Positions 10,075 through 20,400 of a stretch of DNA of 64,000 nucleotides are shown here, piece after piece; within the stretch, counting starts at the first letter, position 1; each line of letters opens with the position of its first letter. Where the stretch lies: assembly GCA_963806225.1 (NCBI GenBank), contig CAWDXG010000001.1:288001-352000 (forward strand), read 5' to 3'. Under the pieces are notes generated by a model. The model was not told where the DNA came from. It searched no databases and saw only the letters and a program-made list of their open reading frames with translations. This stretch comes from an uncultured delta proteobacterium (GTDB taxonomy: Bacteria; Myxococcota_A; Polyangia; Polyangiales; Polyangiaceae). The position numbers and the translations under genes are program-made.

Positions 10075-12258
10075 ATGCGGGGTCAGAGCAATATCGCCTG
10101 GGGGGTGCTGTTCGGCGCGCTGTCGCTTCTGGTGGCGTCTCCGGCGTCCGCACAGAAGCACGGTACGCATCACAAGAAGACGGACAAGAAGGCGATTGCG
10201 GCCGAGGACAACCCGTACGCGGAGCCCGCCAAGGCCGACAAGGCCAAGGCCGACAAGGCCAAGGCCGACAAGGCCAAGGCCGACAAGGCCAAGGCAGGTC
10301 AGGAAGGCAAGGCCGCCGAACAGGCGGCGGGCGAGGCCGGGCAGGCGCCGGGAGCCGCACAGCAGAGCCGGCCGGAGACGGCTGCCAGCGGCGGGCCAGC
10401 CGAGACGCGCGGCGAGGCCATGCGTCTGTACCAGCAGGCGCTCCAGAAGCGACGCCTCGCAGCGACCGCGCCGCTCAGCCGCCAACGCCTGCGCGACGTG
10501 CTCGAGAAGACCGAAGCGAAGATCAGCGATGGGCGTCTCGACGAGGCCATCGGCGACCTGGTCTACATCGTCGAGTCACCGCGCTTCGATCCGTTCAAGG
10601 AAAGCGAGGAAGGTCGTGCGTGCCTGTTCTGGCTCGGCGACTCCCTCGGTCGCGTCGGCGCCTACCAACCGGCGCGCGGCTATCTGCTGCGGCTCTTGAA
10701 GGGCAATCCCAAGGACACCTGGTACCGCCGGGCCGTGCGCAGCCTGGTCGACTTCGGGCTGGAGAGCGATCAGCCCGATACGTTCCTGAAGGATTTGTCG
10801 TCGGTTCCACCGAGCGCGCCGGAGGAGCTGCGCGGCGACATCGCCTACCTGGCGGGCCGTGCCGCGGAGCGCAGGAAGGACCCGGGGGCGGCGCTCGGCG
10901 AGTACGCGAAGGTCACGTCGCGCTCGCGGTTCTGGGCGCAGGCGACGTACCTCTCCGGGCTGATCGAGGTGGAGCGCGGTCAGTTGAAGAAGGGCGAGAA
11001 CCTCTTCTGCAAGGTGGCCGATCCGAAGCAGACGCCGACGAAGGCGCCGCTGTTCGGCGGCAACGACTTTTTCCGGGTGCGCGACCTGGCGCGGCTGGCC
11101 CTGGGCCGCGTGGCCCACGAGCAGTTCCGCTTCGACGACTCCCGCTACTACTACTACCTGGTTCCCCAGGACTCGGATCACCTGCCCGAAGCGCTCTACG
11201 AGGCGGCCACCTCGCGCTACGAGGCCAAGGACTACGAGGGAGCGCGCGAGCTGATGGATCAGCTCAAGGCGCTGCATCGTAACAATCCCTACGAGGATGA
11301 AGCCTGGATCCTCGACGCGTACATCGACCTGGCGACGTGCCACTTTCCCGCCGCCGACAAGAAGCTCCGGATCTTCCTGGCGCGCTACGAGCCGGTGCGC
11401 AACGCCGCGCGCCGGCTGACGAAGGATCCGGCCGCGATGAAGAAGCTCGTCGAGGCCGTCCGCGCCGGCGCGGATCCGGCCGGCGCAGGCGTCGGCGTCA
11501 AGGGCGACGTGGCACGCACGCTGGGCGCTCTGCTCAGGCTGGATGCCGGCTACTCCCATGCCTCGCTCCGGCTGGCGCGGCTCGACCACCAGATGAGCGG
11601 GCTGCGTGGAGCGATGGGGGATCTGGACGAGGCCAACAAGCGGCTGGCGACACCGAAGTCCGTGAGGGCGCAGGCGGCTACGCCCCTCGGCGAGGCCCCG
11701 AACGACAAGATCGCGCGCATCGACGCGCAGCTCGCGGAGGTGCGGCGGCTGCTCCGCGAGGTCTCGCGCACGGGCAAGGCCAAGGCGAGCGACATCGCGG
11801 AGCTCACCCACCAGCTCGAGGCGCTGGAAGTCCAGGCCCGCGCCGCGCGCGCGGCCGCGGCGGCGATTCCCGCCGGCGAGGCCGGCGGGAAGGGCACGGA
11901 TCTACCGGACGTGATCCGCGCCGATCGCCAGCGCGCCAGCCGGCTGTACGAAAACGCGGCGAAGCTCCGTGCAAAGCTGGCCGCGGAGCAGCAGGGCATG
12001 GCGCGCGACGCGCTGGTGCGGCTCGACCGCCGCCTGTCGCGTCTGCTGCGGCGCGCCCGGCTGGGTCGCGTCGAGACGGTGCTCGGCAAGAAGCGCGCGC
12101 TCGAGGTCGAGATCGAGGCCTTGTCGCAGGGGCTTCTGCCCCGGACCATCGTCGATTCGCTGGATGCCGCGCGCTACCTCCGCGACGACGAGGAGTACTG
12201 GCCCTACGACGGCGAGGACTGGAAGGACGAGTACGTGGGCGGGGAGGGCCTGAGGTGA
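10075..12258 (+). CDS. GltC-like TPR protein
   Basis: Signal peptide, TPR helices (LARLALGRVAHE, EALYEAA), C-terminal EEYWPYDGEDWKDEY resembling the GltC-family WPFxGEYWxDE tail. Confidence 0.7.
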   Translation: MRGQSNIAWGVLFGALSLLVASPASAQKHGTHHKKTDKKAIAAEDNPYAEPAKADKAKADKAKADKAKADKAKAGQEGKAAEQAAGEAGQAPGAAQQSRPETAASGGPAETRGEAMRLYQQALQKRRLAATAPLSRQRLRDVLEKTEAKISDGRLDEAIGDLVYIVESPRFDPFKESEEGRACLFWLGDSLGRVGAYQPARGYLLRLLKGNPKDTWYRRAVRSLVDFGLESDQPDTFLKDLSSVPPSAPEELRGDIAYLAGRAAERRKDPGAALGEYAKVTSRSRFWAQATYLSGLIEVERGQLKKGENLFCKVADPKQTPTKAPLFGGNDFFRVRDLARLALGRVAHEQFRFDDSRYYYYLVPQDSDHLPEALYEAATSRYEAKDYEGARELMDQLKALHRNNPYEDEAWILDAYIDLATCHFPAADKKLRIFLARYEPVRNAARRLTKDPAAMKKLVEAVRAGADPAGAGVGVKGDVARTLGALLRLDAGYSHASLRLARLDHQMSGLRGAMGDLDEANKRLATPKSVRAQAATPLGEAPNDKIARIDAQLAEVRRLLREVSRTGKAKASDIAELTHQLEALEVQARAARAAAAAIPAGEAGGKGTDLPDVIRADRQRASRLYENAAKLRAKLAAEQQGMARDALVRLDRRLSRLLRRARLGRVETVLGKKRALEVEIEALSQGLLPRTIVDSLDAARYLRDDEEYWPYDGEDWKDEYVGGEGLR
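10231..10290 (+). repeat. In-frame tandem repeat, 4 x 15 bp (KADKA)
   Basis: AAGGCCGACAAGGCC x4, perfect copies. Confidence 0.95.
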
Positions 12259-15200
12259 GAGCGGGCGTGAAGCCCGGTGCAGCTCTGCTGGCGGCGCTCC
12301 TGTCGCTCGGTATCGTGCGCGTTGCGCGGGCCGACGACCCCACGCCAGCGATGGCGGGCGAGAAGAGCGAAATCAAGCCGGTCGGCGAGCGCGCCATCGG
12401 AAAGCGCGAGCGCCCGACCGTCAAGAAGCGGGCCGAGAAGAGCGCCCGCGACCAGCGCGCCTACCGCGTCAACCTGCAGATCCCCCAGCGGCTGCGCGCG
12501 CTGCTCGAAAAGAAGATCGATGCGCGCATCAGCCGCGATATCGCCCAGGAGAAGCAGCTGCGCGCAAAGGCGCACGGGCTGCTCGCGAAGTTCATCGCCG
12601 AGACACCGCCGGGTTCGCCCGAGATGCCGGAAGCGCTGCTGCGCATCGGCGAGCTCGAATGGGAGTCGGCGCGCGACGATTTCCTGCTGAAGTTCCACCA
12701 GTGGGACAAGTCGCCGAGCGACCAGCGCGGGCCGCCGCCGAATCCCGACTACTCCAGGGCTCGCGCGCGGTTCCTGCGCGTTCTCAAGAACTACAAGACG
12801 TACCGCAACTACGACCTCGCGCTCTACGTCGATGGCTTTCTCGCGAACGAGGAGGGCAAGAGCCAGCAGGCGGTGGATTGCTTCAACAAGATCCTCTCCT
12901 GGTTCCCGCAGAGCCGATTCGTGCCGGACGCGCACATGTTCCGCGCCGAGTACGAGTTCACCAAGGACTTCCCGAACTACCAGGCCGCGTACGAGGAGTA
13001 CGAGAAGGTCCTGCAGTACAAGCACAGCGAGCTGTACGACATCGCGCTGTTCAAGAGCGCGTGGTGTTTGTGGCGGCTTGGCCGTACGGATGAAGCCGCA
13101 CGGCGCTTCCTGACCGTCTTCAAGACGGCGACCGAGAAGGGGGCCAAGGCCGGCCACAAGCGAAAAGCGGAGATCGACGAGCTGCAGCGCGAGGCGCTCA
13201 AGAACCTCGTCGCGGTGTTCGTCGAGGACGAGAAGAACACCGCCGAGGACATGTACAAGTTCCTCGTCAAGGCGGGCGGCGCGAAGTTCGCTGGCAAGAT
13301 CGTCCACGCGCTGGCGCGTGCCTTCTACGACCAGGCGCACTACGAGCGCGGTATCGAGGCGTACCGGCTCTTGCTCAAGCTGGAGCCTGCCGATCCCACG
13401 GCCTACGAACACGCGCTATCGGTGGCGCAGGGCCACTCCACGATGGAGGAGTGGAAACAGCTCGAGAAGGACTACCGCTGGATCATCCGCGACTACACCC
13501 GGCCTGTCGCCGTGAAGGGCAAGCCGGCCCAGGGCGGCGTCTGGACGCGCTCGCAGACGCCGGCCACGGTGGCGAAGGCGGAAGCCGCGATCGAGAAGCA
13601 GATCCGCGAGGACGCGCTCGGGCTGCACGCCAAGGCGCAGGCCGACAAGAACAGCCTGGCCGAGTACAGGTGGACCGCCAAGCTGTACGAGGTCTATCTC
13701 AGCCGCTTCGGCAAACAGAAGGCCGCCTACGAGATCTACTTCAATCTGGCCGAGATCGACTTCTACCACCTCGGTGACGACGCCGGCGCGGCCGACGCCT
13801 ACCTCGCCGCGGTGCGCCTCGACCCGAAGGGCAAGCTCTCGCGCGATGCCCTGTACAACGCGCTGTCGGCGCTCGAGTCGTCCCGCCAGAAGGAATTCGA
13901 GGCGGCCAAGTCGAGCGGCAAGCCGGCGGAGGAAACGCCGACCGACAAGAAGCTTACCGAGGCGATGGAGCTCTACATCAAGAGCTATCCGGACGACCCG
14001 AAGATCCCCGAGCTGCTCTTCCGCCAGGGCAAGCTCTACTACGACTACGGCGTGTACGACCCGGCGGTCCGGCAGTGGGGGCTATTGCTGGAGAAGTTCC
14101 CGAAGAGCAAGTTCTCGGTCGGGGCCGGCGAGCTCATCCTCGATTCCTTCAACAAGAGCAAGGACTACCAGAACATCGAGACCTGGGCGCGCCGGCTCAA
14201 GAAGGCCCCGGCGTTCCAGGGCGCCGAGCAGCAGGCGCGTCTGGACAAGCTGATCGTCCAGGCCGTGTTCAAACAGGGCGAGGCGCTCGGAGCGAAGGGC
14301 GAGCACAAGAAGGCAGCGCAAGCCTACCTCCGGGCGGCGAAGGAGTTCCCCAAGGAGCCGCGGGCTGCCAAGGCGGCGGTCAACGCGGAGGTGGAGGCAC
14401 GCCGGTCGCACAATCTCGGGACGCTCAAAGCCGCCGCCGCTCTGCTCATCAAGGACCACAAACGCGACCCGGAGGCAGCGCAGGGACTGTGGATCGCCGC
14501 GACTACGTACCAGTCGGTGGGCCTGTACAGCCAGGCTGCCGACTACGATCAGACGATCGTCGACAGCTGGCCGAAGTACGAGCACCACAAGGACGCCGCG
14601 TACAACGCCGTGCTGCTCCGCACGACGGTCGGCGAGCACGACAAGGCCATCGCCAGCGGCAAGCAGTACACGCACTACTACTCGCGCGATCCGGACGCCG
14701 ACGAGGTGGTCTTCCTGATGGGCAAGGCCCACGAGAAGGCCAAGAAGTGGAAGGATGCGGAGGCGCTGTACAGCCGCTACTCGCGCACGGCGCGCAATGC
14801 GAACGCGCGCATCGAGGCGCTGGTGCGGCTCGCGACGGTGCGCGTGAAGCTGAAGGACGAGCGCGGAGCGGCGTCGGCGCTCCGCAGCGCGATGAACGTC
14901 TACAAGCTGCACAAGGGCCACCTCAGCGACGACGGCAAGTACTTCGCCGCAAAGGCCCGCTACATGCAGGGCGAGCGCATCCTGGCCGAATACGAGAAGG
15001 TGAAGATCGAAGGCGACGTGAAGCAGCTCAAGGCGCGCCTGAAGAAGAAAAGCGCGCTCCTGAAGGGGGCCGCCGACACCTTCCTCGACACGGCGAAGAT
15101 GGGCGTTGCCGAGTGGACGACGGCGTCGCTCTACCAGATCGGGTTCACCTACGAGTCCTTCTCCAAGGCACTGGAGAATTCGCCGCCGCCGGCCAGCCTC

Positions 15201-15674
15201 AGCAAGCAGGCGAAGGAACAGTACTCGCAGCAGATCGACGAATTCGTGGTGCCGATCGAGGAGCGGGCGCTCGAGGCCTACGAGAGCGGTTGGCTGAAGG
15301 CCAAGGAGCTCGGCATCTACAACTCCTGGACGGCCAAGATGCGCGCGGCACTCGGACGGCTGAACTCGGAGCTCTATCCCCCGCTCGAGGAAATCGGCTT
15401 CAAGTTGCGCGTGAAGGGCCCCTCGCCGATGCCTGTGCTCATCGACGGGCTGAGGCGCACCAAGCGGGGGGCCGCGGAGACGTATCTCATCACGCCGCCC
15501 AAGGTGGCCGAGGGCAAGGGCGACGCCAGCGCGGCGGCCAAGGCCGAGGCGGAAGTCGAGAAGGCGCGCGAGAACGACGACAGCGACCAGGACAAGCAGG
15601 ACGGGGACAAGAAGGACAAGGACAAGAAGGACAAGGGCAAGAAGGGCAAGCACAAGAAGGGGCACGGCCGATGA
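12255..15674 (+). CDS. GltD/AgmU-like large TPR protein
   Basis: GTGA overlap; signal peptide; about 1140 aa of TPRs (ALFKSAWC, FPQSRFVPDAH); C-terminal PIEERALEAYESGWLKAKELGIYNSWT. Confidence 0.75.
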   Translation: MRAGVKPGAALLAALLSLGIVRVARADDPTPAMAGEKSEIKPVGERAIGKRERPTVKKRAEKSARDQRAYRVNLQIPQRLRALLEKKIDARISRDIAQEKQLRAKAHGLLAKFIAETPPGSPEMPEALLRIGELEWESARDDFLLKFHQWDKSPSDQRGPPPNPDYSRARARFLRVLKNYKTYRNYDLALYVDGFLANEEGKSQQAVDCFNKILSWFPQSRFVPDAHMFRAEYEFTKDFPNYQAAYEEYEKVLQYKHSELYDIALFKSAWCLWRLGRTDEAARRFLTVFKTATEKGAKAGHKRKAEIDELQREALKNLVAVFVEDEKNTAEDMYKFLVKAGGAKFAGKIVHALARAFYDQAHYERGIEAYRLLLKLEPADPTAYEHALSVAQGHSTMEEWKQLEKDYRWIIRDYTRPVAVKGKPAQGGVWTRSQTPATVAKAEAAIEKQIREDALGLHAKAQADKNSLAEYRWTAKLYEVYLSRFGKQKAAYEIYFNLAEIDFYHLGDDAGAADAYLAAVRLDPKGKLSRDALYNALSALESSRQKEFEAAKSSGKPAEETPTDKKLTEAMELYIKSYPDDPKIPELLFRQGKLYYDYGVYDPAVRQWGLLLEKFPKSKFSVGAGELILDSFNKSKDYQNIETWARRLKKAPAFQGAEQQARLDKLIVQAVFKQGEALGAKGEHKKAAQAYLRAAKEFPKEPRAAKAAVNAEVEARRSHNLGTLKAAAALLIKDHKRDPEAAQGLWIAATTYQSVGLYSQAADYDQTIVDSWPKYEHHKDAAYNAVLLRTTVGEHDKAIASGKQYTHYYSRDPDADEVVFLMGKAHEKAKKWKDAEALYSRYSRTARNANARIEALVRLATVRVKLKDERGAASALRSAMNVYKLHKGHLSDDGKYFAAKARYMQGERILAEYEKVKIEGDVKQLKARLKKKSALLKGAADTFLDTAKMGVAEWTTASLYQIGFTYESFSKALENSPPPASLSKQAKEQYSQQIDEFVVPIEERALEAYESGWLKAKELGIYNSWTAKMRAALGRLNSELYPPLEEIGFKLRVKGPSPMPVLIDGLRRTKRGAAETYLITPPKVAEGKGDASAAAKAEAEVEKARENDDSDQDKQDGDKKDKDKKDKGKKGKHKKGHGR

Positions 15675-16762
15675 AGCGCCTGATCCTGCCCGCTCTCGCC
15701 TCGTTCCTGTTGCTCGCCTGTGGCGGTTCGGCGAAGAAGGTCGAGTCGCCCACGCTGCCGCCGGCAAACCCCCACGCGCTCAACACCATGGAGCAGGGCG
15801 TCCAGGCGGCCAAGCAGCCGGGCGGCGGGAAGAAGGCCATTGGCCTGTTCCGGTCGGCGGTGAAGACGGATCCGCATCTGTGGGAGGCCCGCTACAACCT
15901 GGGAGTGCTGCTCGCGGAGCAGGGCGAGCTAGCTCCGGCGGAGAAGCAGCTCGCCGAGGCCATCAAGCTTGCGCCCAACGCCGAGGACGTGGTCGTGGCG
16001 CTGGCCGAGGTGCGACGCCGGCGCGGCGACGCCTCCGGCGCTGCCGACGTGCTCGACCACTTCGTCAAGGCCCACCCGCAGGCGATTGCAGCCCGCATTG
16101 CCCTGGTCAGCGCGCTGCGCGACAGCAACAAGCTGGACGAAGCCATCAAGCAGGCGCGCGAAGTCCTGGTGCGCCGCCCCAACGATCCGAACGCGCTGGC
16201 GGAGCTGGCGCTCACCCACGTGGCCCGCGGCGATATGGACACGGCGGAGCTGCTCAGCGAAGAGTCGCTCAAGGGCCAGAAAAGCGCGGTCGCGGAACGT
16301 ACGGCGGGTCTCATCGCGCTGAAGCGGGGCGACGATGCCATCGCGTTCAAGCACTTCGAGACGGCGAGCCAGCTCGATCCGAAGGACACCACCGCACGCA
16401 TGAACATCGGGACGGTGCTGCTCGAGGCCGGTGTCTACGATCGGGCCGAGCACGAGTTCCGCGCGGTTCTGGAGATCAAGCCCGACGACATCCCGGCCAC
16501 GATCGGGCTCGCGGCGGCGCTGAGGGGCCAGGGCAAGCGCGACAACAAGGCGCCCTACCAGGAAGCGGAGAAACTACTGAAGGGCGTTCTCGCGCGTGAG
16601 CCCGACAATCTGGCTGCGAACTACAACCTCGGCGTCCTGTACGCGGACTTTCTGCAGCAGCCGGAGAAGGCCAAGCCGCTGTTCAAGCGTTTCCTCTCCG
16701 ACGCGCCCGACAACCACCCGGCGCGCGCCAAGGCAAAGAAGAAGCTCGCGGCCATCAAGTAG
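15671..16762 (+). CDS. GltE/AglT-like TPR lipoprotein
   Basis: ATGA overlap; lipobox LLLAC; TPRs (ARYNLGVL, ARMNIGTV, ANYNLGVLY). Confidence 0.75.
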   Translation: MKRLILPALASFLLLACGGSAKKVESPTLPPANPHALNTMEQGVQAAKQPGGGKKAIGLFRSAVKTDPHLWEARYNLGVLLAEQGELAPAEKQLAEAIKLAPNAEDVVVALAEVRRRRGDASGAADVLDHFVKAHPQAIAARIALVSALRDSNKLDEAIKQAREVLVRRPNDPNALAELALTHVARGDMDTAELLSEESLKGQKSAVAERTAGLIALKRGDDAIAFKHFETASQLDPKDTTARMNIGTVLLEAGVYDRAEHEFRAVLEIKPDDIPATIGLAAALRGQGKRDNKAPYQEAEKLLKGVLAREPDNLAANYNLGVLYADFLQQPEKAKPLFKRFLSDAPDNHPARAKAKKKLAAIK

Positions 16763-16788
16763 GTTCGCGCCTCGTCGCGCCGAGCGAC

Positions 16789-17910
16789 CTACGGGCATGC
16801 CGCGTTGCTGTCGACGCAGATCAGCGCGCCTCCGCTCCCGACACAGCACGCGGGGTTGCCGGTGTCCACGATGACTTTGCACGCGGGGCAGGGACACGTG
16901 ACACAGCCCACAGCAGGGGCGTAGTCCCGGCAGCTGCCCTGGACGCAGATCCGGTTGCGGGCGCACGCCTGTCCGCACTGGCCGCAGTCCAGGTTGCTGG
17001 TCTGCGTGTCGACGCACGATGTCCCGTTGTTGCACGCGGTGAGCCCGCCCGTGCAGCCTCCGGTCTGGCAGGTGCCCCCCTGACACACCTCACCGCTCTT
17101 GCAGCTGTGGGTGCACGAGCCGCAGTGGTTCGGGTCCGAGCTCGTGTCGACGCACTGCTGGTAGCAGGCGGTCAGCCCCGATCGGCAGCCGCAATTGCCA
17201 TTGATGCACATCTGATCGGCGTTGCACTGCTTGCTGCACGAGCCGCAGTGGCTCGCGTCGTTCTGCAGATCGATGCAGCGGTTGCCGCCGCAGGTCTGCA
17301 TCCCGAGGGGGCACTGGCACTGGCCGTTCTGGCACGTGCTGCCGATGCCGCAGCTGTGCCCGCACGTGCCGCAGTCGGTCATGCTGTTCTGCAGGTCGAC
17401 GCAGTGGCCGTTGCAGACCGAACCGCCAGGGCAGGCGCAGCTCCCGCTCACGCAGGCCGGCGCGGCGGGATCCTGACAGTCGCTCGGCGAAAGGCACTGC
17501 ACACACTGCTGGGTCTTCGGGTCGCACAGCGGCGTGGCACCCTGGCATATGCCGCAGCCGGTGCCGGCTTCGACGACTCCGCTGTCCGCCTGCGTGCCGC
17601 CCGTACCACCCGCGCTGCCGCCAGCGGTCCCGCCGCTGTCGGCCGTGCCGGCTCCGGCGTCGGCGCCCGCGCTCGCGCCGGCGCCGCCCGTTCCCGTTGC
17701 GCCGCCCGTTCCCGTTGCGCCGCCCGTTCCCCCCGCGCCCGCCGTTCCGCCCGCCCCAGCAGTGCCTGTTGCGCCTCCCGTTCCGGTCGCGGATGCGAAC
17801 TGGGCGCTGCTGCAGCCGACGGCAAGAGCCACGGCCAGGCCTGCGCTCCACAGCGCGTGGAGCCGCGTCTGCGCGCGGCTCGCCGCGCGCTCTCGAGATG
17901 ATTCAAGCAA
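16789..17910 (-). CDS. Cys-rich repeat lipoprotein (Stig1-like D..NCG.CG..C repeats)
   Basis: SD GGAGG plus TTG; lipobox LAVGC; GTGG linker; four CVDxxxDxxxCGxC-type repeats. Confidence 0.8.
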   Translation of the reverse strand: MLESSRERAASRAQTRLHALWSAGLAVALAVGCSSAQFASATGTGGATGTAGAGGTAGAGGTGGATGTGGATGTGGAGASAGADAGAGTADSGGTAGGSAGGTGGTQADSGVVEAGTGCGICQGATPLCDPKTQQCVQCLSPSDCQDPAAPACVSGSCACPGGSVCNGHCVDLQNSMTDCGTCGHSCGIGSTCQNGQCQCPLGMQTCGGNRCIDLQNDASHCGSCSKQCNADQMCINGNCGCRSGLTACYQQCVDTSSDPNHCGSCTHSCKSGEVCQGGTCQTGGCTGGLTACNNGTSCVDTQTSNLDCGQCGQACARNRICVQGSCRDYAPAVGCVTCPCPACKVIVDTGNPACCVGSGGALICVDSNAACP

Positions 17911-18036
17911 GCAGTCCTCCTGGGTCCGGAAGCTGGCGTTATTGAATGGAAGTCACCGCAGGGGAGCGCGAGCAGGCAGCGCGGACGTCGATTCGCGGCT
18001 TGCCAGGCCGCTTCCGCGATGCAAGGTGTTGTCGTG

Positions 18037-18687
18037 ATGCGGACGAAGCTGGTTTTCATTGCCCTGGCCGGTCTGACGGTCGGCTGCGCCAAGAACGGCC
18101 CGGCGCGCTCGCCCGACGGCGGCTCGCAGGCGTTCGCGGCCGAGCCCGTGTCGGTGCCTGCGCCTCCCCCGGCTGCGCCACCCGCGGCCTCTGCGAGTCC
18201 GGCGCCGCCACCCTCCGCCAGCGCTCCGCCTGCGGAGGCTCCCGCCGGCAGCTGCCGCACCCGGACCGCCCGGGCCCAGCGCGACATCGTGGGCAGCGAG
18301 CGCACCCAGAGCGGCGCGATGGAGCCCGTGCTCGACCTGGTGCCGGGCGACGAGCTCTGCGTCGAGACGCAGAAGAAGCACTGGCAGCTCGTGGGGCTCG
18401 GGCTGGTGCCGACGGCCGCGCATCCCGATCGCACGCTCTCTGTCACGCTGACCAGAGACAGCGGCCAGGGCGCCACGCTGCACATCGTAAATCCCTACAA
18501 CATGATGCTGCACTACAGCCTGGAAGTCCTGCGCCCGGGCAAGACGAAGCGCGAGCACGCCGTTGCGTGTCCGGTGGAGCCCGGAAAGTCGAAGGACACC
18601 GAGTTCAAGGGCGAGGTGGGCCACGTGTTCGTGTCGAACCTGCACCTCAAGGGCCCCGGCACCGCCGGCTCGATGCTCTGCCAGTAG
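18037..18687 (+). CDS. Hypothetical lipoprotein
   Basis: Lipobox LTVGC, Pro/Ala linker, beta-rich C-domain. Confidence 0.65.
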   Translation: MRTKLVFIALAGLTVGCAKNGPARSPDGGSQAFAAEPVSVPAPPPAAPPAASASPAPPPSASAPPAEAPAGSCRTRTARAQRDIVGSERTQSGAMEPVLDLVPGDELCVETQKKHWQLVGLGLVPTAAHPDRTLSVTLTRDSGQGATLHIVNPYNMMLHYSLEVLRPGKTKREHAVACPVEPGKSKDTEFKGEVGHVFVSNLHLKGPGTAGSMLCQ

Positions 18688-18744
18688 CCCCGCGCTCGCG
18701 TCCACCCGCGGTGCCCGCGGTGATAGCCTGTGCGCGCCGGCATC

Positions 18745-20373
18745 ATGGGCGACGCGGACACAAGGGACCCCGAGGTGGACGACTCGCGGATCCACGCGCT
18801 GGAGCAGGAGCTCTCGAGCCCGCGCCCGCATCCCATCGCGCGGTTCCTGTCGTGGGGCGAAAGCTACGTGCTGGTGCGCTTCGCGCTGCTCCGGCTCCTG
18901 GGGTTGGTGTATCTCGTGGCGTTTCTGGTCACGCTGCTGCAGTTCCGCCCGCTCATCGGGAGCGACGGTCTCGAGCCAGCCGGGCTGTTTCTCCAGCGCG
19001 TGCGCGCGGTCTTCGGGCCAGGCAAGGCCGTCTGGAAACTACCGACGCTGTTCTGGATCGACTCGTCCGATCGCGCGATCGCCATCGTCGCCTGCGTCGG
19101 CGTGGCACTCGCCTTGGCGGTGCTCGTCGGCGTGACCAACGCGGCGGTCATGTTCGTGCTGTGGATTCTCTATTTCTCCATCCTCCACATCGGGCAGACC
19201 TTCTACGGCTACGGCTGGGAGATGCAGCTCTGCGAAACGGGCTTCATCGCCATCTTCCTGTGCCCGCTCGGGACGCTTGGACCCTTCCGCGCGCGCGCAC
19301 CGCCTCCGATCATCATCCTGCTCTTCCGCTGGCTGATCTTCCGCATCATGCTCGGTGCAGGGCTCATCAAGCTGCGCGGCGATCGCTGCTGGAAGAACCT
19401 GACCTGTCTCCAGTACCACTGGGAAACCCAGCCGATCCCGAATCCCATCAGTTGGCTCCTGAATGCGGCTCCGGCCTGGTTCGACAAGGTCGGTGCGGCC
19501 GTGAACCACCTGGTCGAGGTGGGCGCGCCGTGGCTCGCGTTCGGTCCGCGCCGCGCGAGGATCGTCGCCGGCTGTCTGTTCATCGGCTTCCAGTGCTTCC
19601 TGATCCTGAGCGGCAACCTGTCGTTCCTGAACTGGCTGACGATCGTGCCGGCGCTGGCTTGTTTCGACGACCGCGCGCTGATCCGCGTGGTGCCGCGAGG
19701 TGTCCGCTTCCGGGTTTCCGAACGCTTCGGTCTCGACGAGGCAGGCCGTGCCACCGAGGCACTCCTGCCGCCGACGAAATGGCATCGCGGTGCGGCGTGG
19801 GGCTACGCGCTGGTGGTCGGCTTTCTCAGCATGAGCCCCATCGTCAACCTCACGAGCAGCCGCCAGGCGATGAACACCAGCTTCGACCCGCTCGATCTGG
19901 TCAATACGTACGGTGCGTTCGGCTCGGTCAACCGCAGGCGCTACGAGGTCGTGATCGAGGGCACGAGCGACCCGCGGATCGACGCGCACACCCAGTGGAA
20001 GGAGTACGAGTTCCCGTGCAAGCCCGGCGACCCTGATCGCGCGCCGTGCTTCATCAGCCCGTACCACGAGCGGCTCGACTGGCAGATGTGGTTCGCGGCC
20101 TTCTCGCCCGTCAGGAGCCAGCCGTGGATCGTGCATCTGGCTGCGAAACTGCTCGAGGGCGACCCTCTCATCGACACGCTGCTCGCGCGCGATCCCTTCC
20201 CCGCCACGCCGCCAGTGTGGGTCCGTGCCCAGCTCTACCGCTACCAGTTCACGCGGCCCGGCGACGGCAAGGCCTGGTGGCACCGCACCCTGGTCGGCCC
20301 GTACCTGCCGCCCTTGAAGCGGGACTCGCCGGCTCTACAGGCGTTCATGCGCGCCCACGGCTGGACGCACTAG
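18745..20373 (+). CDS. Lipase maturation factor (LMF1) family membrane protein
   Basis: FYGYGWE.QLCETGF, AGLIKLRGD.CW, YHWETQPIPNP, SGNLSFLNWLT, NTYGAFGS, CKPGD, PYH.RLDWQMWF. Confidence 0.92.
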   Translation: MGDADTRDPEVDDSRIHALEQELSSPRPHPIARFLSWGESYVLVRFALLRLLGLVYLVAFLVTLLQFRPLIGSDGLEPAGLFLQRVRAVFGPGKAVWKLPTLFWIDSSDRAIAIVACVGVALALAVLVGVTNAAVMFVLWILYFSILHIGQTFYGYGWEMQLCETGFIAIFLCPLGTLGPFRARAPPPIIILLFRWLIFRIMLGAGLIKLRGDRCWKNLTCLQYHWETQPIPNPISWLLNAAPAWFDKVGAAVNHLVEVGAPWLAFGPRRARIVAGCLFIGFQCFLILSGNLSFLNWLTIVPALACFDDRALIRVVPRGVRFRVSERFGLDEAGRATEALLPPTKWHRGAAWGYALVVGFLSMSPIVNLTSSRQAMNTSFDPLDLVNTYGAFGSVNRRRYEVVIEGTSDPRIDAHTQWKEYEFPCKPGDPDRAPCFISPYHERLDWQMWFAAFSPVRSQPWIVHLAAKLLEGDPLIDTLLARDPFPATPPVWVRAQLYRYQFTRPGDGKAWWHRTLVGPYLPPLKRDSPALQAFMRAHGWTH

Positions 20374-20400
20374 GGTTGGCGCGAGCTGAACGGCGTGCGC

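Noticed and set aside
11337..12254. N-terminal extension of the 1445-aa ORF (likewise 14075-15670, 45421-46392, 57595-58587, 62327-62635)
   Set aside because: Arg-rich off-frame read-through overlapping real genes; the true starts are at stop/start junctions followed by signal peptides or TM segments.
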